The notes under the pieces were generated by a model, which made no database searches, was not told where the DNA came from, and saw nothing but the letters and a program-made list of their open reading frames with translations. A stretch of DNA of 64,000 nucleotides. It comes from Eledone cirrhosa. Its lineage: Eukaryota. The position numbers and the translations under genes are program-made. Shown piece after piece: positions 38,331 through 52,137 of this stretch (positions are counted from its first letter, which is position 1; each line of letters begins with the position of its first letter). The stretch lies in NCBI GenBank assembly GCA_964016885.1, contig OZ024757.1, forward strand, positions 25,792,001-25,856,000, given 5' to 3'.

Positions 38331-39068
38331 AGAAAGATTAACGCCTGTATCAAATGATAAAATGTATTTTCCCTTGAGACACAGATTACTGCTTATATCA
38401 AGGATCAATGTCAGTTTCCGGTGAGAGAGAGAGACTGTCTGTGTGTGTGTCTGAGAGAGGGAGTGTGTGAGAGAGATAGAGAGATAGACTGTGTTTGTGT
38501 GTGTGTGTGTGAGAGAGAGACATTGTGTGAGTGTGTGTGAGACAGAGAGAGAGATAGTCTGTGTGTGAGACAGAGAGTGTGTGTGTGAGAGAGAGAGAGA
38601 GAGTGTGTGTGTGTGTGAGTGTGAGAGACCAGAGTGTGTGTGTATGTGAGAGAGAGAGAGAGAGAGAGAGAGTGGGGGAGATTAACTGCTTATATCCAAG
38701 ATAAAAAAAAATAAACATGTGTGTTTCCGATGGAATGGAATCACTGTGGAAAAATAAACAAACTTGAGACAGTGATAACTAGAAGAGATGCTGAGGAATA
38801 CTGGAGACCAGTAGGGTGGTGGTGGCGGTGCCGGCGGCAATTGAGGTGATTGCAATGATGTTGGTGATGCTCTGGGTATTGTCGCCTCTACCACCACCAC
38901 CACCACTAACCTCACCAATCCCCACCACCACCAATTCCTCACCGTGTTGATGGTGTGGGTGGTATGATGGTATGAGTGTTAAAGGTTCCATACAACTTTT
39001 AAGTAAGTGACTTCCTATATACATATATTGTTCTACTTTGGGAGGGTCATGCTGTCATTAAAAATGAA

Positions 39069-39106
<38 letters not shown>

Positions 39107-39874
39107 ACAAACAGCATATATATATAGTATATATTAGTCACAAACAGCGACCAGCAGAGGACACATACTGTCCCTCTCCGACAGATACCCCTCCCCCCGG
39201 AAACCCCCCAGTTGTTGGATGTGAATCCGAAATATAGGGACAATTAAATCTCTCCCAAGGTAACTCTATCTCGTGTTATTATTTTTATTTTGTTTACGCT
39301 CCTTCCTACGTTCCTCTACACACTATACATCTCCTTCTACATTCCCTTACATCTCTCTCTTCACCATCGGATCTTGTTACCCGGAGCCTTACCCATCTGC
39401 ATTGTTGAGGCTTCCAAAACGACCAAAAGAAAATAAATCTTATTATTCCACAATGCTTTAAGCAAACTTCAATACTCTCATATATACACATACACTTCGT
39501 TTTTATTGTGTGCACACACACATATTTATATATAGGTAGACCCAGAAAAACCTGAGACGACTTGATGGATTCCGACCTTGCACACTTGCACCTCTCTAAG
39601 ACAATGTCACTGGATCGAGATCTTTGGTGCCACGCAGTATTACAGAAGACCTGCCTTCCCTACGTTCAAAGTTAACCTACAGTCAGTAGGCCCCTCCAAA
39701 CCAAACATACACCCCAACCCGCTACCCTACTCCATCCTCCCACTCCCACCAACACCAGCCTTTCTTTCTTGGTACCACAACATCCAGTCCAAACTAATGA
39801 GGTCGTGTAGGTGTCACGACAAAAAACACACAGTCAATAAAATACATGGAAATCTTTTAACCATCTTTTGATTT

Positions 39875-39940
<66 letters not shown>

Positions 39941-40861
39941 ATATATATAATATATATATATATAAAGTAAGAATATTTTCGAAATATAAATACTCATAAA
40001 TATAAATACTCATCTTTTTCCATTTCTCCGAGGTTTCTTAACCCCACTATCAGGCTAAATAACTTCTTTAATTTCTTTAGTCAAAATATGGCGATAGCTT
40101 ACATTTCTAATAATATATATATATATATTACGATACTCGATTATTCTACTATATATATATATAGTAGTATAATCGAGTATCGAAAAATCGGCGCACGAGT
40201 TCACGATAAACAAAATTCGATATGAGCGGCAGAGGGCTCAATAATTTAGATAAATCAGAGCTATAACTATCGTTAAAATACCGTCACACATAGAACAAGT
40301 CTATAATCAACCATACGACCGAAAAATTGCGATCTGGAAGATTCGGGACACTCAGATAAAAAATCAATAAATCAAATGAATGTAAATATATATATATATA
40401 TATAGAGAGAGAAAAATACTGCAGGTAGCAAATGGTAACATGTAATAAAATACGTCCCTCATCAGTGATTTGCCGAAGATCATAGATATTTCATTGCATT
40501 AAAAATCATATATCTCACTTCGGTGCAATAATAACCAAAATAAGTTATTAGGACAATTAAAACGCGTAAAGCGAGTGAGACAGGAGAACAACAGAAAAGA
40601 TAGCATACCGTGGGAATATATATATATAGACAGAGCTGAGGATTCGAATAAGGTGAAACATTTGTTCTCGGTATGGTGAACTAACTGTTGTGGAACTACT
40701 TCTACCAAACCCCTCCCATGGACTGAGTGCTCTACTACTATGGATATAATATAACCTACCAGTGTTCTACTATTATATTTGATATATATTTATCCTTATC
40801 GAGCCCTCTTTGGATTTTAGTCTTCAAATTTATTATTATTACTATTATTACTATATATAAT

Positions 40862-41050
40862 GGTCGGTGGATTGGCAGTATCGGTAGAGGGTCGGACGCC
40901 ATGCTTTCCAGCATAGTTACGTCCCTTTACGATCTGAGTTCAAATCCCGCCGAGGTTGACTTTGCCTTTCATCCTTATGGGGTCGATAAAATAAAGTACC
41001 AGTAATGCACTGGGTAATTGCTGGCCTTGTGCCTAAAGTAGAAACAATTA
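40862..41050 (+). mobile_element. Full-length young SINE, nearly identical to 2048-2235
   Basis: The ORF track gives an identical peptide for both copies. Confidence 0.9.
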
Positions 41051-41243
41051 TTACTATATATATATATACACACACACACACACATATGTGCCATTAATCC
41101 TGGGCCATTGTGTCTCTGTGTACCTTATCAAATATATTAACCAGTATGTATGTAAAGGACTTCATAAAAAACTGTTTAATTAATAACAAAAAAATTAATA
41201 AATAAACTGAATCTACTTATTCACCCTGGGCAATAGCAGGTAC

Positions 41244-41295
<52 letters not shown>

Positions 41296-41679
41296 TACAC
41301 ACAAACATACACATATACATATATATATGAAGGTGTGCATGTATGTATGAATGTAAATATGTGTGTGTGAGAGTCAGTAGCTTTTAGTGAATATTTTTGG
41401 GAGTTGTCTGGGTAATTTAAAAGTTCTGCTCTACTGCCAAACATCACACACCCTGGTACTTAATCCATTCCCTCCCTTATCCTCACCCTCTCCTCCACCC
41501 ACCTTCCCTTGCCTCACCTTCTCCTCCACCCTACCACCCTCTCTCTATCACTTCACTTCTGACCTTGCACTAGAAACCAGGACATCTACACACCCTCACT
41601 ATCTGACTCTTGTCCCTTGTCTGTCATCCTGTCAGAAGAGAAAGGGTAAATGTCTCAGGCATATATCATTATTTCTCCA

Positions 41680-42400
41680 TTTGCCAGTATCAGTGGAGGG
41701 TCAGACACCATGCTTTCCAGCATAATTACGTCTCTTTACGGTCTGAGTTCAAATCCCATCGAGGTTAACTTTGCCTTTCATCCTTACGGGGTCGATAAAA
41801 TAAAGTACCAGTAATGTACTGGGAGTATTTGCTGGCCTTGTGCCAAAAGTAGAAACAATTATTTCTCCATGAGAGGGTGGTGGATTGGCAGAACCGGAGG
41901 AGCGTCACACACCATGATTCATGACATAGAGTTACGGGCCTTTATTTTCTGAGTTCAAATCCTGCCGAGGTTAGCTTTGCCTTTCATCCTTACGGGGGTC
42001 GATAAAATAAATTACCAGTAATGCACTGGGGTCAATTTAATTGACTGTCCCCTCCCACCAAATTGTTGGCAGTGTACCTATTGTAGAAACCATTATTTTG
42101 GGGGATTGGCAGTATCGGTAGAGGGTCGGACGCCATGCTTTGACGCATAGAGTTACGGCCCTTTATGGTCTGAGTTCAAATCCCGTCGACGTTAACTTTG
42201 CATTTCATCCTTACGGTGTCGATAAAATAAAGTACCAGTAATTGCTGGCCTTGTGCTTAAATCAGAAACCATTATTTCTCTATGAGGGCAGTCGATTGTC
42301 AAAATCGGTGGAGCATCGGACACCATGCTTCATGTCATAGAGTTACGTCTCTTTATGATCTGAGTTCAAATCCCGCTGAGGTTAGTTTTGCGTTTCATCA
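41680..42400 (+). mobile_element. Four head-to-tail SINE copies
   Basis: B-boxes near 41745, 41951, 42172 and 42362. Confidence 0.85.
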
Positions 42401-42431
42401 CTCTTGGTCAGGATATTTGTAATACTTATAC

Positions 42432-42943
42432 TCTCCCTCCCTCCCTCCCTCTCTCTCCCTCTCTGTCTCCCTCTCTCCCTCCCTCCCTCTCTCCCTCTCT
42501 CTCCCTCTCTCCCTCCCTCTCTGTCTCTCTCTCTCCCTCCCTCCCTCTCTGTCTCTCTCCCTCCCTCCCTCTCTGTCTCTCTCCCTCCCTCCCTCTCTGT
42601 CTCCCTCTTTCCCTCCCTCTCTGTCTCCCTCTTTCCCTCCCTCTCTGTCTCCCTCTTTCCCTCCCTCTCTGTCTCCCTCTTTCCCTGCCTCTCTGTCTCC
42701 CTCTTTCCCTGCCTCTCTGTCTCCCTCTTTCCCTCCCTCTCTGTCTCTCTCTCTCCGTCTCTCTCTCTCTCTCTCCGTCTCTCTCTCTCTCCGTCTCTCT
42801 CTGTCTCTCTCTCTCTGTCTCTCTCCCTCTCTCTCTCTCCCTCTCTCTCTCTCTCCCTCTCTCCCTCTCTGTTTCTCTCCCTCTCTCTCTCTCCCTCCCT
42901 CTCTCTCTCTCTCCCTCTCTCCCTCTCTGTCTCTCTCCCTCTC

Positions 42944-42986
<43 letters not shown>

Positions 42987-43558
42987 GTCTCTGTCTCTGT
43001 CTCTCTCTCCCTCCCTCTCTGTCTCGGTCTCTCTCTCCCTCTCTCTCTCCCCCTCTCTCTCTCTCCCCCTATCTCTCTCACTACCACCAACTTGCCACCC
43101 ACCACCTCACTGCCACCAACACTACAGCCTCACCACCCTCACCGCCACCAACACACCACCACCATCACCACCACAAACTCACCACCACCACACTACCACC
43201 ACCACCACACCACAAACTCACCACCCACCACGTCACTGCCACCACCCACCACCCTTACCACCCACCACCTCAAACTCACCACCCACCACCACCACCTCAA
43301 ACTCACCACCCACCACCCTCACCACCACCATCTCAAACTCACCACCCACCACCCTCACCGCCACACACCACCACCACAACCTCACCACCCACCATCTCAC
43401 TACCACCACCACCACTTCACTGCCACCATGACCACCACAACCTCACCACTTACCACCACAAACTCACCAGCCACCACCACAAACTCACCACCCACCACCA
43501 TCACCACCACCCTCACCACCTCACCACCCACCACCCTCACCACCCTCACCGCCACCCT
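42432..43558. repeat. (CT)-rich then (CCA)-rich low-complexity tracts
   Basis: Direct. Confidence 0.9.
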
Positions 43559-43864
43559 AAAATCCCTTACAGGTAAATCTATCCACTACCAACACCTTAA
43601 TCACATACTTAAATAAGATTAACATGGTTTAATTTTTATTTAAATCTCATCATTATTGTTATTGAAGAACCCATTGTTGTTATTGTTGTTATTGTCAATA
43701 TTATTGATGTCAGAGGTTAAAACGAGATTAAGATTAGAAGACGGAATCCTTTTATGTGACATAAAAAAAAAATTTTTTAATGCTAGAAATAGCAGCCAAA
43801 CAACTTCAAATGCCCCCCCCCCATGATTTTTGGAAACATTTTTTCAGGCTCAGAGTTGCTGAAG

Positions 43865-46817
43865 CATGAAACAAACTACCTGCATCAGTTGTTACCTGTC
43901 GGGCGCAACACTGCATCCTTTAAAACGTCTATGGAACAAACTACCTGCATCAGTTGTTACCTGTCGGGTGCAACACTGCATCCTTTAAAACGTCCATGGA
44001 ACAAACTACCTGCATCAGTTGTTACCTGTCGGGCGCAACACTGCATCCTTTAAAACGTCCATGGAACAAACTACCTGCATCAGTTGTTACCTGTCGGGCG
44101 CAACACTGCATCCTTTAAAACGTCCATGGAACAAACTACCTGCATCAGTTGTTACCTGTCGGGCGCAACACTGCATCCTTTAAAACGTCCATGGAACAAA
44201 CTACCTGCATCAGTTGTTACCTGTTGAGCGCAACACTGCATCCTTTAAAACGTCCATGGAACAAACTACCTGCATCAGTTGTTACCTGTCGGGCGCAACA
44301 CTGCATCCTTTCAAACGTCCATGGAACAAACTACCTGCATCAGTTGTTACCTGTCGGGCGCAACACTGCATCCTTTAAAACGTCCATGGAACAAACTACC
44401 TGCATCAGTTGTTACCTGTCGGGCGCAACACTGCATCCTTTAAAACGTCCATGGAACAAACTACCTGCATCAGTTGTTACCTGTCGGGGGCAACACTGCA
44501 TCCTTTAAAACGTCCATGGAACAAACTACCTGCATCAGTTGTTACCTGTCGGGCGCAACACTGCATCCTTTAAAACGTCCATGGAACAAACTACCTGCAT
44601 CAGTTGTTACCTGTCGGGCGCAACACTGCATCCTTTAAAACGTCCATGGAACAAACTACCTGCATCAGTTGTTACCTGTCGGGCGCAACACTGCATCCTT
44701 TAAAACGTCCATGGAACAAACTACCTGCATCAGTTGTTACCTGTCGGGGGCAACACTGCATCCTTTAAAACGTCCATGGAACAAACTACCTGCATCAGTT
44801 GTTACCTGTCGGGCGCAACACTGCATCCTTTAAAACGTCCATGGAACAAACTACCTGCATCAGTTGTTACCTGTTGAGCGCAACACTGCATCCTTTAAAA
44901 CGTCCATGGAACAAACTACCTGCATCAGTTGTTACCTGTCGGGGGCAACACTGCATCCTTTAAAACGTCCATGGAACAAACTACCTGCATCAGTTGTTAC
45001 CTGTTGAGCGCAACACTGCATCCTTTAAAACGTCCATGGAACAAACTACCTGCATCAGTTGTTACCTGTTGAGCGCAACACTGCATCCTTTAAAACGTCC
45101 ATGGAACAAACTACCTGCATCAGTTGTTACCTGTCGGGGGCAACACTGCATCCTTTAAAACGTCCATGGAACAAACTACCTGCATCAGTTGTTACCTGTC
45201 GGGCGCAACACTGCATCCTTTAAAACGTCCATGGAACAAACTACCTGCATCAGTTGTTACCTGTCGGGGGCAACACTGCATCCTTTAAAACGTCCATGGA
45301 ACAAACTACCTGCATCAGTTGTTACCTGTCGGGCGCAACACTGCATCCTTTAAAACGTCCATGGAACAAACTACCTGCATCAGTTGTTACCTGTCGGGGG
45401 CAACACTGCATCCTTTAAAACGTCCATGGAACAAACTACCTGCATCAGTTGTTACCTGTCGGGCGCAACACTGCATCCTTTAAAACGTCCATGGAACAAA
45501 CTACCTGCATCAGTTGTTACCTTTCGGGCGCAACACTGCATCCTTTAAAACGTCCATGGACAAACTACCTGCATCAGTTGTTACCTGTCGGGCGCAACAC
45601 TGCATCCTTTAAAACGTCCATGGAACAAACTACCTGCATCAGTTGTTACCTTTCGGGCGCAACACTGCATCCTTTAAAACGTCCATGGACAAACTACCTG
45701 CATCAGTTGTTAGCTGTTGGGCGCAACACTGCATCCTTTAAAACGTCCATGGAACAAACTACCTGAACAAACTACCTGCATCAGTTGTTACCTGTCGGGC
45801 GCAACACTGCATCCTTTAAAACGTCCATGGAACAAACTACCTGCATCAGTTGTTAGCTGTCGGGCGCAACACTGCATCCTTTAAAACGTCCATGGAACAA
45901 ACTACCTGCATCAGTTGTTAGCTGTCGGCCGCAACACTGCATCCTTTAAAACGTCCATGGAACAAACTACCTGCATCAGTTGTTACCTGTCGGGCGCAAC
46001 ACTGCATCCTTTAAAACGTCCATGGAACAAACTACCTGCATCAGTTGTTACCTGCCGGGCGCAACACTGCATCCTTTAAAACGTCCATGGAACAAACTAC
46101 CTGCATCAGTTGTTACCTGTCGGGCGCAACACTGCATCCTTTAAAACGTCCATGGAACAAACTACCTGCATCAGTTGTTAGCTGTTGGGCGCAACACTGC
46201 ATCCTTTAAAACGTCCATGGAACAAACTACCTGAACAAACTACCTGCATCAGTTGTTACCTGTCGGGCGCAACACTGCATCCTTTAAAACGTCCATGGAA
46301 CAAACTACCTGCATCAGTTGTTACCTGCCGGGCGCAACACTGCATCCTTTAAAACGTCCATGGAACAAACTACCTGCATCAGTTGTTAGCTGCCGGGCGC
46401 AACACTGCATCCTTTAAAACGTCCATGGAACAAACTACCTGCATCAGTTGTTAGCTGTCGGGCGCAACACTGCATCCTTTAAAACGTCCATGGAACAAAC
46501 TACCTGCATCAGTTGTTAGCTGTCGGGCGCAACACTGCATCCTTTAAAACGTCCATGGAACAAACTACCTGCATCAGTTGTTACCTGTCGGGCGCAACAC
46601 TGCATCCTTTAAAACGTCCATGGAACAAACTACCTGCATCAGTTGTTACCTGTCGGGCGCAACACTGCATCCTTTAAAACGTCCATGGAACAAACTACCT
46701 GCATCAGTTGTTACCTGTCGGGCGCAACACTGCATCCTTTAAAACGTCCATGGAACAAACTACCTGCATCAGTTGTTACCTGTCGGGCACAACACTGCAT
46801 CCTCTAAAATCTCCATG
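43865..46817 (+). repeat. 65-bp tandem array, ~45 copies, derived from a CR1-like ORF2 C-terminus
   Basis: Period of 65 (43871, 43936, 44001). Flank plus unit read KHFFRLRVAEA-WNKLPASVVTC...TASFKTSM, the FFxxRVxxxWNxLPxxVV...SFK tail of CR1/L2 LINEs. Confidence 0.95.
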
Positions 46818-47204
46818 CTTCCTGAGATTTGCCAACGCTACACCCGTTATTCCCCTCCACACACACACACACACGCACGTATGTGTGTGTGTGTGTGTAT
46901 ATCTGTATATCTGTGTGTATATTATATGACTCATACACTGTTCACTTTCCTGACATTTGTACATTATTCTATGAACTATACATGCACCTTTGATGAGTTT
47001 AGTGCACCTGAGTACTGTACACAATAATTTTCATTCCACTGCCTTAACCTTTTAGCATTTAAACTGGCCATATCCAGCCAGAATTCTTTCCCCTCTTTCT
47101 ATTGAAACCAGCTACAACCAGAAAGTCATACTTATGTTAAGGTTTTATTCCCAAAATAAATAATATCAAAATCACTGAGATTCGATATGTGAGATAAAGT
47201 GTTT

Positions 47205-47377
47205 AGGGGAAAGTTGATTAAATCGACCCCAGTGCATTACTGGTACTTTATTCCATCGACCCCGTAAGGATGAAAGGCAAAGTTAACCTCGGCGGGATTT
47301 GAACTCAGACCATAAAGGGCCGTAACTCTTTGCTGCAAAGCATGGCGTCCGACCCTCTACCGGTACTGCCAATCCAA
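47205..47377 (-). mobile_element. Dominant-family SINE
   Basis: Full head and body on the minus strand; preceded by a piggyBac MITE fragment at 47044-47200. Confidence 0.8.
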
Positions 47378-47595
47378 TAATAATAATTTCATTCAGACAC
47401 TTGACATATGGATCATATTAACAACAGCATGTATGAGAGCATGCAAGTGTGTGTGTGTTGTGTGTGTGTGTTTGTGTGTACTCATACACACTTGAATTTA
47501 AAATGTACCCAATAAACCTGTTAGTCTCTCTCTCTCTCTCTCTTGTGTCTCTTCCACTAGCACACATTTATTTATGAAAATGTGTATGTATGTGT

Positions 47596-47650
<55 letters not shown>

Positions 47651-47717
47651 GTATATATATGTTGATTTAAAACTGCACTATTCACAAGTGTGTTTTAACC
47701 TTCATATCATGTCTCTC

Positions 47718-47788
47718 TATTTTATCTGACGAAAACGCAAATGTTATTGCATGATGATATTTGTTTTTGAAATGCGCATAATAAAATA
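47718..47788 (+). ncRNA. Intact type I hammerhead
   Basis: tattttat-CTGACGA-aaacgcaaatgttatt...gatgatatttgttttt-GAAA-tgcgca-TA-ataaaata; 3' tail shared with 39836-39880. Confidence 0.85.
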
Positions 47789-48118
47789 CATGGAACTCTT
47801 TTAACCATCTTTTGATCTTATATATTATATTGTATATATATATATGTATGTATATATATGCATGTGTATATATATATTGTATATATATATATATATTGTA
47901 TATATCATCATCATCATCATCATTTCATTTTACGTCCGCTTTTCCCTGCTTGCAAGGGTGGGACGGGAACTGATGCTGGCTTGATTTCTACAGCTGGATG
48001 CCTTTCCTAACACCAACCTCATTTACAGTGAGTGCTGGGTGCTTTTTTGCCGTGGCACCTCCACGACCACTTTGCAGTGGAATGATAGGGACCCCAGTCC
48101 ATATCATCTCATTTCTAC

Positions 48119-48250
48119 AGCTGAGTAAACTGGAGCAATGTGAAATAAAGTCTCTTGCTCAAGGAAACAACACATCACCCGGTCTGAGAATTGAACTCAC
48201 AACCTTTCGATTGCCAGTCCATTACTCTAACCACTAAGCCATGTGCCTCC
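48119..48250 (-). mobile_element. tRNA-derived CORE-like SINE
   Basis: Same family as 20071-20206 and ~59530-59648. Confidence 0.65.
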
Positions 48251-48555
48251 ATGTATATATATGCATGTGTATATATATATATATTGTATATATATATATA
48301 TATATTGTATATATATATATGTATATATATGCATGTGTATATATATATATATTGTATATATATATATTGTATATATGTATATATATGCATGTGTATGTAT
48401 ATATATATATTGTATATATATATATATGTATGTATATATATGCATGTATGTATATATATATGTGTATATATATATATATGTATATATATATGTTATGGAA
48501 TACTGTTAGCTTCTCGCTACAACAATTTCTATACTTTTCATTTATATATATGTAT

Positions 48556-48589
<34 letters not shown>

Positions 48590-48594
48590 ATATA

Positions 48595-48677
<83 letters not shown>

Positions 48678-48927
48678 ATATATATGTATATATATATGTG
48701 TGTGTATATATATATGTTATATGTATATATATATGTAATATATATATATATATATGTGTGTGTATATATATATATATATATATGTGTGTATATATATGTA
48801 TATATATGTGTGTATATATATGTATATATATGTGTGTATATATATGTATATATATGTGTGTATATATATGTGTAATATATATATATATGTGTGTATATAT
48901 ATATATGTGTGTATATATATATATGTA

Positions 48928-48967
<40 letters not shown>

Positions 48968-49229
48968 CGTGTGTATATATATATGTAATATATATATATA
49001 TATATATGTGCGTGTGTATGTATATATATATATGTAATATATATACATATATATATATATCATCCTTATCATTATCACTGTTCAACATCCATTTTCCACA
49101 CTGCCATGGGTTACATAGGTTACCCTGATATGAAACAAGTCAGATCAGACGACCATGTCTTGCTCACAAAGAACCATTTCTGGCATTTTTTCTACATCTG
49201 GATGCCCTTCCTAACACCAATCACATTTA

Positions 49230-50020
49230 CTATAGTTTCTCTACAATAGTTGCCTTATAGTTGAAGACATACACACTTCTCTACAAGTGAAGTCATGCCT
49301 ATAGTCCAGCTATAGTTTCTCTACAATAGTTGCCTTATAGTTGAAGACATACACACTTCTCTACAAGTGAAGTCATGCCTATAGTCCAGCTATAGTTTCT
49401 CTACAATAGTTGCCTTATAGTTGAAGACATACACACTTCTCTACAAGTGAAGTCATGCCTATAGTCCAGCTATAGTTTCTCTACAATAGTTGCCTTATAG
49501 TTGAAGACATACACACTTCTCTACAAGTGAAGTCATGCCTATAGTCCAGCTATAGTTTCTCTACAATAGTTGCCTTATAGTTGAAGACATACACACTTCT
49601 CTACAAGTGAAGTCATGCCTATAGTCCAGCTATAGTTTCTCTACAATAGTTGCCTTATAGTTGAAGACATACACACTTCTCTACAAGTGAAGTCATGCCT
49701 ATAGTCCAGCTATAGTTTCTCTACAATAGTTGCCTTATAGTTGAAGACATACACACTTCCCTACAAGTGAAGCCATGCCTATGTTTCCCTACTGTTTAAG
49801 TTGTGCCTATAGTTTTACTCCAGTTGAAACCATGCCTATAGGCCACCTATAGTTTCTCTACAATAGTTGCCTTATAGTTGTTCAAGACATACACACTCTT
49901 CTACAAGTGAAGTCATGCCTATAGTCCACCTATAGTTTCTCTACAATTGAAGCCATGCCTATGTTTCCCTACTGTTTAAGTTGTGCCTATATTTTTACTC
50001 CGGTTGAAACCATGCCTATT
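49230..50020. repeat. 80-bp tandem array, ~7 near-identical copies, then degenerate units
   Basis: tatagtttct at 49231, 49311 and onward to 49711. Confidence 0.95.
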
Positions 50021-50106
50021 CTTAGTACTGATTTCAGTCTTTGATGTACAAAATTTCTTTAGACAATCTATCTATCTATATACATATATATGCATGTATG
50101 TGTGTG

Positions 50107-50148
<42 letters not shown>

Positions 50149-50291
50149 CATACATATATATGTATATACATACATATATATGTATATGTATAAATATGCA
50201 TATATATATATGCATATTTATTTATTTATATATATTTATGTATGTATCTAAATATGCATATATATGATATATGTATCATTTGTATGCATAT

Positions 50292-50360
<69 letters not shown>

Positions 50361-50371
50361 ACGAAGGAGAT

Positions 50372-50549
50372 GTGGTAAGGAACCAGATGGACCATAACGC
50401 ACCAGAGTACTCAATACTTAGGGTAGTAGAGTGGGTAGTAGGAAAAAGTATGACCCTGACGGCAGAGTTGAAGCCATTTCGACGGCTATTTCAGTCCAGA
50501 AATAGCCGTCGAAACGGCTTGAGCTCTGCCGTCGGGGTCATACTTTTTC
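50372..50549 (-). mobile_element. PLE pLTR-like family D with terminal palindrome 50442-50549 carrying HHR 3' halves
   Basis: GAAA-cggc(ttgagctct)gccg-TC at 50511-50533 and its mirror copy. Confidence 0.65.
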
Positions 50550-50581
50550 ATATATATGTATATGTATATCGATATATATAT

Positions 50582-51192
50582 TGTTATACTTTGGGAGGGT
50601 CATGTTGCCAATAAGAAACACACGCACCAGTTGCTTTCACTTCAATTTAATTTAATATATATTTATAAATTTACAAATTTATAAATTTCTGGTTGGTTGG
50701 TTGGTTCCACAACCAGATAGTTGTTTATATATATATAGTCATAGTTCTTTCGTCACACACTCTGTGACCTCTTCAGTGACTGGGGATTTCTTTCTTCGTT
50801 TCTGTGCCTTTCCTTTCTTCTATCCTACGCCATTTTGTTTGTGTGTGGGTTGCGTGCTCAGTTTGCGCATGCGCCACATCCGGGTGTCTGTGTGTGTTTG
50901 TGTTCATTTTTCTATTTTTCGCAACCCACACACAAACAAAATGGCGTAGGATAGAAGAAAGGAAAGGCACAGAAACGAAGAAAGAAATCCCCAGTCACTG
51001 AAGAGGTCACAGAGTGTGTGACGAAAGAACTATGACTATATATATATAAACAACTATCTGGTTGTGGAACCAACCAACCAACCAGAAATTTATAAATTTG
51101 TAAATTTATAAATATATATTAAATTAAATTGAAGTGAAAGCAACTGGTGCGTGTGTTTCTTATTGGCAACATGACCCTCCCAAAGTATAACA
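50582..51192. mobile_element. Non-autonomous Ginger-like DNA transposon (273-bp TIRs, TGT...ACA, ATAT flanks)
   Basis: Arms 50582-50854 and 50920-51192 appear identical; 65-bp spacer; ATAT at 50578-50581 and 51193-51196. Confidence 0.75.
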
Positions 51193-51909
51193 ATATCGGT
51201 TTCAACACACGATTTCAGATAAAGAATCTTGCTAAACAAATTCAGAAACGAGATATATATATTCACCCATCCATCTCTGTCTATCGATTTCTCACTCCCT
51301 CACTCCGCCTCTCTATCTCTCCCCTTATCTATCTCTATCCCTCTTATCTGTCTCTTTATCTGTCCCTCTATCTCCAGCAGACATCAGCCATCATCTTCAA
51401 AACCCAGTTACTTTCTCAAGTCACAGGTGTTTAACCTTTCTAGAAAATTAAATAATGGTTGTGTGTGTGTGTCTGTGTATGTCCTTGTCTGAATGTTATA
51501 TGTCTATGTGTGTATGTATGTGTCTGCATAGATATGCCTGTGTGTGTATCTGTATGTGAAGATGCCATTGTTGTCTGTGTATGTATGTATGTATGGATGG
51601 ATGGATGGATGGATGTATGTATGTGTATATGCCTGTATGTATGTATGTCTGTGTATGTGCGTATATGTGTGTGGCATACTAATGTCCACCACTGACCACA
51701 CTGTTTTCTCTGCTGCCATAAAGACACACATATATATACATATATATATATATATACATGTATATATAGTGCACACACTCCCACTCTCTCACACACTCTC
51801 TCTTTCTCCCCCCCCCCCACCCCCTGTCACTACTAGTATATTGATCTCTAGCTAACCATTATAACAGGACTAATAAGTAGGTTGAAGTAGGTCTATTTGA
51901 AAACTATCT

Positions 51910-51973
<64 letters not shown>

Positions 51974-52099
51974 ATTCTTTCTCTCTCTCTCAGTCTCACT
52001 CTGTCATTCCCGCTTCTCCCCCCCTCTCCTCCCCTCTCCCCCTCTCCTCCTCTCCTCTCCCCCCTCTCTCCCTCTCCTCCTCTCCTCTCCCCTCTCTCC

Positions 52100-52137
<38 letters not shown>

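Noticed and set aside
37388-38408. 300-aa YI/CV/HT ORFs here and elsewhere
   Set aside because: Microsatellite translations.
39794-39835. Functional hammerhead
   Set aside because: Core is mutated (CTAATGA, with AAAA for GAAA); relic only.
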